From Octopus vulgaris (Eukaryota), in assembly GCA_951406725.2 (NCBI GenBank), contig OX597822.1, forward strand, positions 27,156,001-27,220,000: 64,000 nucleotides of DNA. The letters are read 5' to 3'. The stretch's first letter is position 1, and each line of letters starts with the position of its first letter. The translations under genes and the position numbers were made by a program. The notes below the pieces were generated by a model. It searched no databases. It was not told the DNA's origin and was given only the letters and a program-made list of their open reading frames with translations. Of the stretch, positions 12,380 to 25,523 are shown one piece after another.

Positions 12380-12965
12380 TGATATCCATCCATTCATCCG
12401 TTTCTGCTGCCCTGGGTGGATCGAATGGGTAGAGTCCTCAGGCACCTCCTGTATAGGACCCTGTCAGAAGCAATCATTATTACGTTCTCTTTTGGATTCT
12501 CGAGCGAGACCAGCTGAGTCTGATATTATCCGACTAAAAGGCGGCGAGCTGGCAGAAACGTTAGCACGCCGGACGAAATGCGTAGCCGTATTTCGTCTGC
12601 CGTTACGTTCTGAGTTCAAATTCCGCCGAGGTCGAATTTGCCTTTCATCCTTTCGGGGTCGATAAATTAAGTACCAGTTACGCACTGGAGTCGATGTAAT
12701 TGACTTAATCCGTTTCTCTGTCCTTGTTTGTCACCTCTGTGTTTAGCCCCTTGTGGGTAGTAAAGAAACAGATATTATCCGCCTTTTTCACTTTTGGTCT
12801 ACCGCTATGTCTCCTGTTCGTTGGCTCGGCATGCAGAATTCGTCTTGCTCTCCTTTCCTGCGGAATTCTAAGCACATGTTCATAGTACCGGAGCTATGAC
12901 TTCTCAGGGCGGAGAAGTATCGACTCGACCTGGAGAAACTTCCTGATCTTCGAGTTACACACCAT
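12380..12965 (-). mobile_element. Decayed RTE-like LINE 3' fragment interrupted by a family-A SINE
   Basis: Minus-strand translation ...NSKIRKFLQVESILLRPEKS*LRYYEHVLRIPQERRARRILHAEPTNRRHSGRPK... resembles the RTE C-terminal LRWYGHV..RM...RPRGRP motif. Confidence 0.7.
12533..12770 (+). mobile_element. Full-length family-A SINE
   Basis: Matches the 1296-1524 copy; 11-bp TSD gatattatccg at 12522-12532 and 12771-12781. Confidence 0.95.
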
Positions 12966-13629
12966 CTAAGCTACACACTAAAGTATAAAATATAGAACAA
13001 AATCCATGGGGCGAGGTGCAGAGCAGCAAACATTATTCTTAATAACTTATAGTAATCTCTTCGAAGGTGAATATCTATCTAATTACTGTTGTTATTCTTA
13101 ATCGGAAAACACCGTCTCCTTTAGACGATGTATGTTCATAACATACAGATTCACCGTTGGTTGGGGACTTTAAAATATCATAATTGTATGTCACCTCATT
13201 CAAAGCTACCCCCACCGGACAGATGAATTTGACAAGTGCACGAGATGTTGTTTATAGGGGTCCACTTATAAATTACTTGCTGATACGTGTTGATGTAGCA
13301 TAATAGTTCATGGGGAGGATCCAAACAATAGCGTATCAATTAAGACATTCTGGAAGATTCGAACTTGACTAGCTAATTGCTGACTTTTTCCGAAATACAA
13401 TCAGTCGCTACGTATTTCTAGTTTTCCACCCGGTGTAAAACGTATAAAAAAATACAATACCCTCTATATAGAATATGTCATTGATCTATCACAGGTAGAT
13501 TTTCGTGTAGAAAGTGGGTGAGCTGAATTCTTTAAAATACTGATTCGTAATTGATATGTTAATGTGCCAATGTGAGAACGTCTGTGAGGTTGCTCTGAAA
13601 AGTAACGAGCCTATCATCTTAAAACACTT

Positions 13630-14155
13630 TCTAATATAGATACAAGGTTCGAAATTTGTGGGGAGGGGCTAGTCGATTACATTGACCCCCAACACCGTAC
13701 CAGTACTTATTTCATCGACTTCCAAAGGATGAAGCGCAAAGTTGACCTCGGCGGAATTTGAACTCAGAACGTAGCGACAGACGAAATATTGTAAAGCATT
13801 TTGTTTGTTGTTCCTTCTCAAGCCATGCCTGGCTCATAAGGGCCGGTTTCGCTGTTTCATTGGCATATAGGTTCCCCACCTGGACGGGACACCGGTCCAT
13901 CGCAGGTGAGCTACTAGATGCAGGAGGACAGAATGAAAGAAAGTTGTGGCGAAAGAGTCAGCAGAGGTTCGCCATTACCTTCTGCTGGAACCGCATGGAG
14001 CTTAGGTGTTTCGCTCATAAACACACACATCGCCCGGTCTGAGATTCGCACCCGCGATCCCTCGACCGCGAGTCCGCTGCTCTAACCACTAGGCCATGTG
14101 CCTCCACTAAAGCATTTTGCCAGGCCTGCTAACAATTCTACCAGTTCACCGCCTT
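13630..14155 (-). mobile_element. Family-A SINE split by a nested family-C SINE
   Basis: Family-A sequence at 13630-13803 resumes at 14108-14155. Confidence 0.85.
13804..14107 (-). mobile_element. Family-C tRNA-derived SINE
   Basis: Minus head ggaggcacatggcctagtggttagagcagcggactcgcggtcg; 12-bp TSD taaagcattttg at 13792-13803 and 14108-14119. Confidence 0.92.
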
Positions 14156-14706
14156 CGTAGCATCTTAAAATAAAAATGGGAACATTAGATAACGTAGTCC
14201 AAGTTATACCATCTATCAAAAATAAAGAAAATATTTTTATTTTTATATTTTTTTAAACAGAAAGTCAGCTCGATTAAGCAGACATTGAGAGGATGTTGTC
14301 TAAGACAAAATACAAAGGTAAATGAACAATAAATTAAGAGTTTTCTCTAGTACAGCTGCAGCATTGTTCTTGAAGCTGGAATCTATAATCGAATGTAAAG
14401 GATGTAGCGAAAGATCCAAATATCAAATTGCTTATAGTGCAGCTCAGATATCTCTATAGTGTTTGGCACTTGAATGAAGCAGAAGAAGCAAGGTCAAACA
14501 CCTAAATATTCAGAATGTTCGGCGCAGCACCGAGAAGGTGACTACTCCTACAGCCTCGGATGGTATGTACTTCACGCAGAAAGCAACACTGGGAAAGTTT
14601 CCAAGTTTTATACATACATACATACATTAATACACACACGCACATGTATAAATATATATATATATATATATACATGCACAGACACATACATACATACAAA
14701 TACATG

Positions 14707-14738
<32 letters not shown>

Positions 14739-14966
14739 CTGGGTGGTGCAAAAATAGGTATACAGTTGTGAAAAAGAAAACTTGTACGGTACTCATTTAT
14801 TTTTATCAAAAACTACAAAGTGACGGTAAAAGTATTACTATAGTTATGGTAAATGTATTATTATGATTAATGACACTGAAAACATCAAAAAGGAGACTAA
14901 TTTAATGTGCTAATAATTTTAATGAAGTATTATAACATTGACACACAAATACATACATACGTACAT

Positions 14967-15022
<56 letters not shown>

Positions 15023-15024
15023 GT

Positions 15025-15210
15025 ATTTGTGTGTCTGTGTTTGTTTCCCCACCATCACTCGACAACCGATGTAGTTGTGTTTAGGTTCCCGTAACTTAGC
15101 GTTTCGGCAAAAGAGACCGATAGAATAAGTACTAGGCTTACAAAGAATAAGTCCTGGTGTCGATTCGTCCGACTAAAGTCGGTGCTACAAGCAAATGACT
15201 GAAACAAAAA
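15025..15210 (+). mobile_element. Family-B SINE 3' half
   Basis: ccgtaacttagc...gcaaaagagaccgatagaataagtactaggcttacaaagaataagtcc. Confidence 0.85.
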
Positions 15211-15221
15211 AAATGAATAAC

Positions 15222-15261
<40 letters not shown>

Positions 15262-16022
15262 TGCATGTATGTATGTATGTATATAACAAATTCTACCACG
15301 TAAGATCTTGGAGCCATATAGTTTCGAAGCAAACTTTTTTACCACACGGTTAAGCCGGTTCCTTTTGTAAACTACAATGTTGTTGCACTTCTCTTTCTGA
15401 GTGTTTTGAGTGACACCTCTGTCCTCGGTCAATAAGAAGGCTGACACACTCTCTAATCTGTGTTAGATATAATAAGAGATTACTTGGTCATTAAAGCATA
15501 ATCGTTTTTAAACGAGTTAATCATTAATTTAAATTCCAGCATTTATAGATTACTAGGATATTCTGTTTCTTGTTAATTAATATAGAGTTAATTATTTTAA
15601 CGGTCATTGTTTCAAGTGTCCTACAGTGGATGAGTAGGCAGTTGTTTGGTTTTTGGCGTAACCTATGGAACAGACACCTCTTGTGATTACACTCACGGGA
15701 AGAAGGAGCTGACTAAAATCTGCAGTATATACCAAATTCACGAACGTTTTATTGTGCTAGTTCTGCCTACAATAACTTAGTTTTCAATATGCATCACTAG
15801 CATATTGAGATCAAAGTCCCAGACTCTATGAACGTAGTAATGTGATATTAACAGTAAAGGACATGTGTTTGAGTTAGAGTTACTGTTAGACTAACATTAT
15901 CCAGTCGGCTTCTGTTACAGTAGTTAGTAGACCACTTTACTTTGCAATGTTACTAAAATAGATATGACAAACAGAGTATACGAAGTGGAAATTAAGATAA
16001 ACACCAGAATACAATAAAGTGC

Positions 16023-16117
16023 TTCCCTGATGATCTATGGCAGTTAGGCATCCGAAAGCACGTGGATTATCCAATACTTAGTCCTAATTAACTGCAACGT
16101 TGAAACGTACGTAGGAA
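16023..16117 (+). ncRNA. Type-I hammerhead motif with extended stem II
   Basis: ttcc CTGATGA ...gcagtta(16040-46)...taactgc(16089-95)... GAAAC gtac GTA ggaa. Confidence 0.65.
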
Positions 16118-16179
16118 CTAAACATTTATTCTGTTGTTTATCTTAATTTCTGCTACGTATATTGTAGTCTTTTATTCTT

Positions 16180-16557
16180 TTATGTCTTTCGGTCATTTGA
16201 CTACGGCCATGCTGGGGCACTGCTTTGAAGGGCTTTAGTGAAACAAATCGACCTCTGGACATATTTTTTAAAACCTAGTACTTATTCTATTGACCACCTT
16301 TGCCGATCCACTAGCCTATTGCGACGTAAACACACTAACACCGGTTGTCAAGGGTGACAAACACAGACACTAAGCAAACACACAAACACACACACACACA
16401 TACATATATACGATGAGCTTCTTTCAGTTTCCGTCTACCAAATCCACTCACAGGGCTGTAGTAAAAGACACTGCCCAAGGTGTCAACGAATGAGACTGAA
16501 CCCAGAACCATGTGGTTGGTAAGCAAGCTACTTACCACACACCCACTCCTGCGCCTA
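16180..16557 (-). mobile_element. Family-B SINE
   Basis: Minus head taggcgcaggagtgggtgtgtggtaagtagcttgc; internal microsatellite; tail cagcatggccg. Confidence 0.9.
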
Positions 16558-16579
16558 TATATATATATATATTTGTCTG

Positions 16580-16645
<66 letters not shown>

Positions 16646-16960
16646 TAGATATAGTTGTGTACTCATTCAAGCACATGTCAAATATACATATATAAAAAAG
16701 ATGTGAGTATGTAATAAATGGCAGACGTAGCAAATCCGATATATAGTCGCACATTGCATCTCTCTTTCTGTACACAAACTAAACGTCAAAATTGATCTCT
16801 AAACCACAAATAAAGAAAAACGAAAATAATGTAGAGGATATCTGGAAGTTATATATACATAGAAAAAAGTCCCAGTTCAATTGTATGAGAAAGCTAAACT
16901 AAATAATACATCTTTTAAAATGAATGCTTCTAACATTTTCATAGTGGGCTAAATAAGCTT

Positions 16961-17148
16961 TCATTTGTCCAATGTTCTTTTTATCCTGTTCGGAGAGACA
17001 AGATGGCGGACAAAACGGATGTGACGTCCATTGCAACTGAATGACACTGGAAAATGGAAGCTTTGATTATCAGAAGCAATAAAGATGCCGGGGAATAATA
17101 TACGATCATCTAAAGACTGCGGCTGCTTGAAATAAATCCGTTTTGGAT
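16961..17148 (-). CDS. Candidate terminal exon of an unidentified gene
   Basis: Long polypyrimidine tract ending cag (AG at 17150-17149), then an open frame DPKRIYFKQPQ...KRTLDK*; no recognisable domain. Confidence 0.2.
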
Positions 17149-17689
17149 CTGAAGACAGAAAGCAAAAATAAAGAAAAAGAGTAAGATTTTCCATTTCCCA
17201 TCTTGCTAATGTTGTTGACGTCCAGCCCAAGATTAGCACTGATCAAACTGATGTGTACGAAAAATATTCCAATCATGGCTATTATAGCTTTATTTAAACA
17301 TAATTCTACAGTATGTAGAAATGTGTCTTTTGCCTTTCTTTTAATGATATAGTCTCGGGAGTAAGAGCGATGCCCTTGACATTCCGAGACTAGTAGAGAA
17401 AGAGAAGAAATATCCCTAATGTCAAGGACACTGTCGGAAATGCATGCAACAGATTGGTCCCTGCTATAATCACTGTAGTCTCTGGTGGTGGTGTTACACT
17501 GCATGACGGATCAAACCGACTATCCAAGAACAGAAACAGTCCCTCGAAGTTTTTCTGTACAGTTTCCGTATACCATATTTTGATCGAACCGAGCCGGTGG
17601 TAGAAAATCCATGCCCAATACGCACCGCAGAAAAATTTAAATGAAACAACATAATTACAAAGCAAAATCCTTACCCACATAATCATATC

Positions 17690-18410
17690 TGCGCCCACAC
17701 ATCGGAGAGTGTGATTCATCTACTGTTTCTTACAAGACAAGTGAGCGGCAAGAAACAGCAGACATATCAGCATTCACGCATCGGAATGTGTGACTTGAAT
17801 GAAATTTGATATTTCTTTAAGGTCAAATGTGCAGCAAGAAGCGGTAGATATACCAGCACCCACGTATCGGAGAGTGTCATTTAAATGAAATTTGTCTGCT
17901 ATTTCTTGTAGGTCAAACGTAGCACACATTCGTAGAAGGGTATGATTTGAATGAAATTTGTTTGCTATTTCTATTAGGTGAAATGAGAAACAAGAAGCAA
18001 CAGATATATATTTCTTTACTACCCAAAAGGGGCTAAACACAGAGAGGACAAACAAGGACAGACAAACAGATCAAGTCGATTACATCGACCCCAGTGCGTA
18101 ACTGGTAGCTATTTAATCGACCCCGAAAGGATGAAGGGCAAAGTCGACCTCGGCGGAATTTGAACTCAGAACGTAGCGGCAGACGAAATACCGCTAAGCA
18201 TTTCGCCCGGCGCGCTAACGTTTCTGCCAGCTCGCCACCTTACAAGTAGCAACAGATATATTGGCTTCCACGCATCGGAGAGTGTAATTAATTGCCATTT
18301 TTTACGGATGAAACGAGGTGCAAGAAACAACAGATATACCCTCACCTATGCATCGGAGCGGGTGATTTGAAGAGAATTTGTCTGTCTGTTTTGCATTTCA
18401 AATCAACAGT
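17690..18410. repeat. Degenerate ~80-bp minisatellite (about 6-7 units) interrupted by a SINE
   Basis: Recurring caagaagcaacagatata...cacgcatcggagagtgtgatttgaatgaaatttg..gctatttct. Confidence 0.85.
18010..18241 (-). mobile_element. Full-length family-A SINE
   Basis: 20-bp TSD acaag(a/t)agcaacagatatat at 17990-18009 and 18242-18261. Confidence 0.95.
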
Positions 18411-18906
18411 AAAAAAAACAACTGAGAAACCGTTGACTTTTTAAAGATTTTAACACTGAGTGACTAAAAATGGGCCACGACGGTATTGGATACTCTATAA
18501 AAGCAATCAGATATGTGAAACGTTTTTTAACCCAGAACGCAACTCTTCGATCAGGTCGTTGAATTCTCGGGGTAGGTCATCGATAATATTTCGCTGGCTT
18601 AGGCATAAATGTATCGACATTTGCAGTCAAAATATGTTACATCAGAGAAGTAAACTTTTCTTACCTTCCGCTCAACTGGTGAGAAACACGATAAATTTTC
18701 AGTGATTTTTTTCAGTAAAACAGTTAGTTAAAATTCCCAAATATTTATCGGATCATTAAAATTGAGACCTGAAAATAAGACAAAAATAGAAATTTATTAT
18801 ATTTATTCCCTAATGCAGACAAACAAATTAAAAAATATATATATGCATATATGCCTGTATTACTACATCCATATATGTGGCTTTCTCACTTTCTGTCAGT
18901 AAGTCA

Positions 18907-18948
<42 letters not shown>

Positions 18949-18981
18949 ATCTGGCACAAACCAAATCCCAAAACGAAATAT

Positions 18982-19008
18982 ATAATAATAATAATGATAA
19001 TAATAGTA

Positions 19009-19093
<85 letters not shown>

Positions 19094-19158
19094 TAATAAT
19101 AATAATTATCATCATCATTACCACCACCACTAACAAGATCATCATGATCATGGTTATA

Positions 19159-19196
<38 letters not shown>
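18982..19196. repeat. (AAT)n followed by inverted (TTA)n microsatellite
   Basis: Direct reading. Confidence 0.95.
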
Positions 19197-19197
<1 letters not shown>

Positions 19198-19431
19198 AAT
19201 GATCTTGACATTCTCTTTACATAAAATATTCTGTACATTCTATTGTTGGTTTATTGCCGTTTATTTTTACGAGTATTAGAAATTTTATCGGTAAAATATT
19301 TTTCTGGGAACAAATTACGATTTATAACAATGCTACTATGCGAGATTATTGCTCTGCTTTACAAGTTTTCGCTTTTCGAGCGGCCTCCGGGATGAAATTA
19401 ACTCATATATCGAGGCATCACTGTGTACATA

Positions 19432-19639
19432 CCAGGGGATGCGGAAAAATTCCCGGCTTTAAGAGTATCGCGAAAGGCCACGTTAGAGGCCCAACCTTCC
19501 GCGTTCTTTTACAGGGCTTAGAAAAGCTAAACCGCTGCAATAAGTGTGTGAATCTGAGGGGAGAATATTTTGAATACAATCATAATTAACTGATCGTGTA
19601 TTTCCTTTTACTCAAAGTCAGGAACTTTTCTACAGCCCT

Positions 19640-19641
<2 letters not shown>
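19432..19641 (+). mobile_element. Mariner-derived MITE / internally deleted mariner
   Basis: TA-flanked imperfect TIRs ccaggggatgcggaaaaattcccggcttt / aaagtcaggaacttttctacagccctgg; internal GLEKLNRCNKCVNLRGEYFE resembles a mariner transposase C-terminus. Confidence 0.85.
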
Positions 19642-19714
<73 letters not shown>

Positions 19715-20006
19715 GAAAGAAGGTTTGAAAATGCAATTTAAAAGATGTTTATTTACTTTACCGGTTTCAGTCTTTGGAAAGAGATTGTCAAAAGTAACAT
19801 GTGGAAGTTTGGTTGCGTTAATTATTGGTTGTTGCAAATTGCTACATTACATATATATATACAGTCTTTGGTAACAGGGACATGTTAAGGACATACAAAA
19901 GTTCAACAAGTTCCTTAAAATATTGGGCAAAAAGATTACATAAATAATCGTTCTCAAGGACGTACTTAAGATAGTTTCCTGAAGGAATTGATATTGGTAC
20001 TGTATC

Positions 20007-20010
<4 letters not shown>

Positions 20011-20076
<66 letters not shown>

Positions 20077-20109
20077 CATACATATATATATACATACATA
20101 TATATATAC

Positions 20110-20184
<75 letters not shown>

Positions 20185-20380
20185 CATATATATATATATA
20201 CATACATATATATATACATACATATATATATACATACATATATATTTATACATACATTCATATATATATATATATACATACAGACATATTTATATATATA
20301 TATTATCAGGTGGTGCTATTAAGTTAGATATGGCCTGGACCAATCTTTGGTCGAAACATATCTAAGATTATCTAAGTCTA

Positions 20381-20470
<90 letters not shown>

Positions 20471-20487
20471 CATACATACACATATAT

Positions 20488-20520
<33 letters not shown>

Positions 20521-20721
20521 CATACATACATACATATATATATATATGCATATATACATACATAAATACATATATATACATACATACATACATACATATA
20601 TACATACATAAATAAATAAATACAAACATACATACATAAATACATACATACATACATACATACATACATACATACATACATACATACATACATACATACA
20701 TACATACATACATACATACAT
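20011..20721. repeat. (TA)n/(TACA)n microsatellite blocks
   Basis: Direct reading. Confidence 0.97.
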
Positions 20722-21487
20722 AGAATGTTAACCGTAAGTTCTTCATGCAGACGGCAACCAAAGAAAATTTACCAATGTAATTATTTTAAACAGTAAATTT
20801 GGAGTTTTACTCTCTACTGATATCGGCTGCTTGACCCTTTCGGAAGCCTACATTCAATGTACATTATTTACAACTAATTATCTATATATTACTTAGTGTC
20901 ATAGCAAAACATTTCTACAATTGTTTATTGTTGGCTGCCGTATTTATTCCATGATATAATCTTGTTTGTTGGTTAATTCTCACCACGCCTATGGAATTGG
21001 ATTCTTTGTTTATTGCAGAGAATCTTTGTCATTCCAATTCATGATTCCTAATTGCCAATGGACAAAATTCTTGTTTTCTTATTATCATGTTAATGGCACT
21101 GTCTCAGCATTTACAGTATTGTGTTCATTGGTATGTTACTACATTCTAAATAAAGCTACTAAGCTCTAGTAATGCACATACAACAACAGACAATCTTTAG
21201 CCTAATTCTAAATCTATTTATAAATCATCATTTTTGTTTTTAGTGATAACCGATATATATATAATACAAATAAAGAAATGGAGAAACAATTTAGTTGGTT
21301 CATCAGCTTTCGGATATTAGAATGTTGAATTTTTTATTAATTTAACAAAAATGCAAACCTTAATAGCATACATATATACGTTATAATTCATATATCGGTG
21401 CAATATCATACTAAGCGGTTCTTATAATCTATCAAGAACTACTTACTTTTCTTTCATTAACATGGTTTTTCTTTTCAGAATTCTAAT

Positions 21488-21882
21488 TAGGCGTAGATAA
21501 GGAGCTTGCTTCCCAATCACATCGTTCCGGGTTCAGTACTACTGCGTGACACCTTGGGCAAGTGTCTTCTACTATACCCCCCGGCCAACCAAACCTTGTG
21601 AGTCGATTTGGTAGACGGAAACTGAAAAACGCCCGTCGTTCATACATATGTGTGTATATCTATGTGTACGTGCTTTGTGTCTGTGTTTGTCTCCGACCCC
21701 CGCTTGATAGCTGGTGTATTGGAGCATTTGCGTCCCCGTAACTTAGCGGTTCGGCCAAAGGAAATGAATCAATAAATTTGTTTTAAAAAATCAAGTTCTG
21801 GGGTCGATTTCTTCGACTAAAACCCTTCAAGGCGGTGCCCCAGCTTGGTCGCAGTCAAATGACTGAAACAAGTAAAAGAAAA
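21488..21882 (+). mobile_element. Family-B SINE (diverged)
   Basis: ccttgggcaagtgtcttctactata...gtcgcagtcaaatgactgaaacaagtaaaag. Confidence 0.9.
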
Positions 21883-22392
21883 GATTATAATTACGTCAAA
21901 TCCTACTATAAAAATATAATGGTTCTCCGTTCCCTGCTTTAAAAGCTAAACAATTTTGGCGTCTTTTTCTTAATGAAGTGGCTATCTGTTATTCGTAGGT
22001 AGACTGCATCCATTCCGCTTGCCATTTGGCGGAAAACTTCCTTTTGTAATGCCGTCGATGCTAGAATACTGTGCAGGGTGGCATGGCTTTGAAGAAGAGT
22101 TGCTACACTCTGTGGTGCAGTTGTTTCCTTGTTGATCCTATGTCAGTGGCTTTACAAGAATAGGTCAGCTGGTAGACAATATTTGATTTTAAACGCAGCC
22201 GGATTCGGTACGTTGGTTAAGTCATTTTATTTGGGTAGTGGAGCAGGGAGCAAATGTCTGGTGTGCAATTGCTAATATTGATGTTGTTGCCGCTATTGCT
22301 GCTTTTACTGGGTGGGAGTTGGCTCCTCTGTGTGTGGTTCCCGTCTCGTGATTCTAATAAGGAGCTTAGACCTTCTGGTGTTAGTTTTCTCT

Positions 22393-22825
22393 GTAGGAGT
22401 GGCTGTGTAGTAAGTAGCTTGCTTACCAACCACATGGTTTCGGGTTCAGTCCCACTGCGTGGCACCTTGGGCAAGTGTCTTCTACTATAACCTCGGGCCG
22501 ACCAAGGCCTTGTGAGTGGATTTGGTAGAGGGAAACTGAAAGAAGCCGTTTATATGTCGTATATATATATATATGTGTGTGTGTGCAAGTTTGTGTGTCT
22601 GTGTGTGTGTGTGTGTGTGTTTGTGTGTTTGTCACTCAACATCGCTTGACAACCGATGGTGGTATGTTTACGTCCCTGTAACTTAGCCGTTCGGCAAAAG
22701 TGACCGATAGAATAAGTACTATGCTTCCAAAGAATAAGTCCTGGGGTCGATTTGCTCGACTAAAAGGCGGTGCTCCAGCATGGCCGCAGTCAAATGACTG
22801 AAGCAAGTAAAAGAGCAAAAGAGTA
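22393..22825 (+). mobile_element. Family-B SINE
   Basis: aggagtggctgtgtagtaagtagcttgc head, CORE-like ccttgggcaagt, internal (TA)(TG), (AAAAGAG)n tail. Confidence 0.95.
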
Positions 22826-23034
22826 AATCGATGTAAACCTAATGTTCATTTTCACTCTTCCTCTTCCTCCGTTTCTTCCCTCTGTTGTTCCTCTTTTTGC
22901 TTCCATAGCAACTGCTGTTATTGCTGCTGTCACCACTGCACCTCTTCGCCGTTTTGGTTGCTCTGGGCTGTAGCTTCAACTGCGGCCGTTTGGTCACTAC
23001 TATAGTTGTTGCTTGTTGCTGTTTGTTTGTTTGT

Positions 23035-23395
23035 TTGTTGTGCGAAGCGGTCTTCGTCCCAGTGGGAGAAGTCCGAAACGTGGTCCTTTGCTATTCGTAA
23101 GACCCGCAGAAGAGAAAGCAGGTCAACCTCCGACACCGAGAGCATCGGCGGATGGCTGAATGCGCATCCAGTCTCAGCGGTTGCGTAGGAAGTCGGGGAC
23201 AAGAACCAGGAAGAAAGAGTGAGAGAAAGCTGGAACGAAAGAGTACAACAGGGGTCGCCACCACCCCCTGCCGGAGCCTAGTGGAGCTTTAGGTGTTTTC
23301 GCTCAATAAATACACACAACGCCCGGTCTGGGAATCGAAACCGCGATCCTCCGACCGCGAGTCCGCTGCCCTAACCATTGGGCCATTGCGCCACC
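23035..23395 (-). mobile_element. Family-C SINE with a distinct 3' tail
   Basis: Minus head ggcgcaatggcccaatggttagggcagcggactcgcgg; tail differs from other C copies. Confidence 0.9.
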
Positions 23396-23746
23396 TGCTG
23401 TTGTTGTTCTTGTGGTTGTCACCAGCTCAATTACTGCTGCAGAGATCACGCAATAAAGCATTTTAGAACCAAAGGAATACAGAGGCTTTTGTATTTAGAC
23501 CTTTTCCAAAGATTCAACGACTTAAAATCAAATAACTAAAGTAGGGATCTACATCAGTTTCGTGTACTCGGGGAACTGATTAGAGCCCTAGACTCAAATG
23601 ATGAGGAGTTTAACTATATCCTTACATCGTCCCTTATATTTCGTTTAATAAAAACAAGTGCATTTGCTATATTTTTATTCATCGTGTTACACATTGTCCT
23701 GCTTCACATATCGTAAGACTGTATTTGGAGAATAATAACAAATAGC

Positions 23747-23974
23747 TGTTTCTTTACTACCCACAAGGGGCTAAACACAGAGGGGACAAACAAGGACAGA
23801 CAAAGGGATTAAGTCGATTACATCGACCACAGTGCGTAACTGGTACGTATTTAATCGACACCGAAAGGATGAAAGGCAAAGTCGACCTCGGCGAAATTTG
23901 AACTCAGAACGTAAAGACAGATGAAATACCACTAAGCCTTTCGCCCGGCGTGCTAACGTTTCTGCCACCTCACC
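23747..23974 (-). mobile_element. Family-A SINE
   Basis: TSD taataacaaata at 23733-23744 and 23975-23986. Confidence 0.93.
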
Positions 23975-24849
23975 TAATAACAAATAATAGCAAATAGCAG
24001 CATTTCAAATATTTTCAATTGACAAAGTGCTTTGATTTCAATTGATACACGCTGTAATCAAAGCTATATCTCTTAAGGGTTACAGTACACAGACTAACAA
24101 AATAATGAAATCTGAAATACGAACATTCCAGTAGCAGATAACGTCAGTAATCTGTTATCGGTTAATCGTATTGTTAAAGATGTCCTCTCTTTCCAAATGA
24201 CAATAGCGAGAATTTATACCCTCATAATTATCAAGGCAGAGAGAAAAGAAAATGGTGACCAATTAGAATAAATTAGATTGGTTTTTAAGTGAATTCAGTG
24301 TAATGCTTCTAAAACGTTCTTCGGTTGCAGTTGGATTAAAACGATTTCAGAGTATAACTTAGATTCTATTTACACAAATCAAGTTTAGCTGACAGAAATA
24401 CCCACAAACTATTCTAAATAACTTTAATATAGTTAACGAGTTTCAATAGGCAATCAGCAACTTCTCTTCAAGAATACCCCTTTCTCATCTTTTCTAATTT
24501 GATGATAAATAACAGTGTTCGCTCATTCATGTCATGAAGACCTACGTTTGATCTTTCTTTTAACGATAGCACGAATGCAGTTTCCTGGCGCTGACTGATA
24601 TAGATCTTATACATCGATCATAATGAACATGTAGAGGGCTTTGAAATATATTTTCTTTTGAGAGAATATAATATTAGAAGCTGTGAAACGCACACACACA
24701 CACACACATGCACACAAACTCGCCCGCACACACACGTCTGCACGCACGCATGCGCACAGACGTACACACACACCCGCACATACACATACACACACAGATA
24801 CACACATACATGCATATTCATTCAAATTATGATATTTTGCCTTGTAATA

Positions 24850-25020
24850 ATGGTTTCAAATTTTGACACAACGCCAGCAAATTGGAGCGGGGGTAAGTAG
24901 ATGTAATCGACTTAACACTCACCCACCCTGTCCTCAACTGGTATATATTTTATCGACCTCGAAAGCATGAAAGGCAAAGTCGACCTCAGCGGAATTTGAA
25001 CTCAAAACATAAAGACGGTC
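24850..25020 (-). mobile_element. Family-A SINE fragment
   Basis: atgaaaggcaaagtcgacctcagcggaatttgaactc. Confidence 0.8.
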
Positions 25021-25389
25021 AAATCACTATGTCCGGGGTGAGGTGGGGGAAACAAAGATGTACACAATCTTAATACGTTCCGGCAGATTATAACGTGAAT
25101 ATACAAATCGCTGTTGAATGAATAATACTTCAAAACCATTATAGTTGTTGGACAGTAAACCATGTTTCTCTATTTCTCGTTTTTTTGAAAGGTACACACA
25201 CACACACACAAACAGACACACACACATACACACATATATATATTGATAAAAATGGTTTACCCCCTTACTTTACTCCCTCCCCTTACTTAGCGGTCATTCG
25301 AATAGCTCTTTTGTCTTAATACCGGTCAATCACAAAGTAATTACCCTTTGTATAACGGTCATTTTTCATAGCATTTTTCCGATGGCCGA

Positions 25390-25448
25390 ATAACTGAAGA
25401 GATGGCGGCGTGGATTTCCACCTCGGCATCCGAAACTCGGAATTTTAT
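25390..25448 (+). ncRNA. Degenerate hammerhead motif
   Basis: ataa CTGAAGA gatg...gtgga ttt ccac...catc c GAAAC tcggaatt ttat; cleavage triplet not intact. Confidence 0.4.
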
Positions 25449-25484
25449 CATGGCTACCGAATACTTGTCTCATATTACATTTAC

Positions 25485-25523
<39 letters not shown>

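Noticed and set aside
17106-17504. 132-aa minus-strand ORF
   Set aside because: No recognisable domain or clear splice boundaries, and it runs through a polypyrimidine tract
17690-18410. CRISPR-like array
   Set aside because: Whole units are homologous and degenerate with no unique spacers; eukaryotic context and no cas genes
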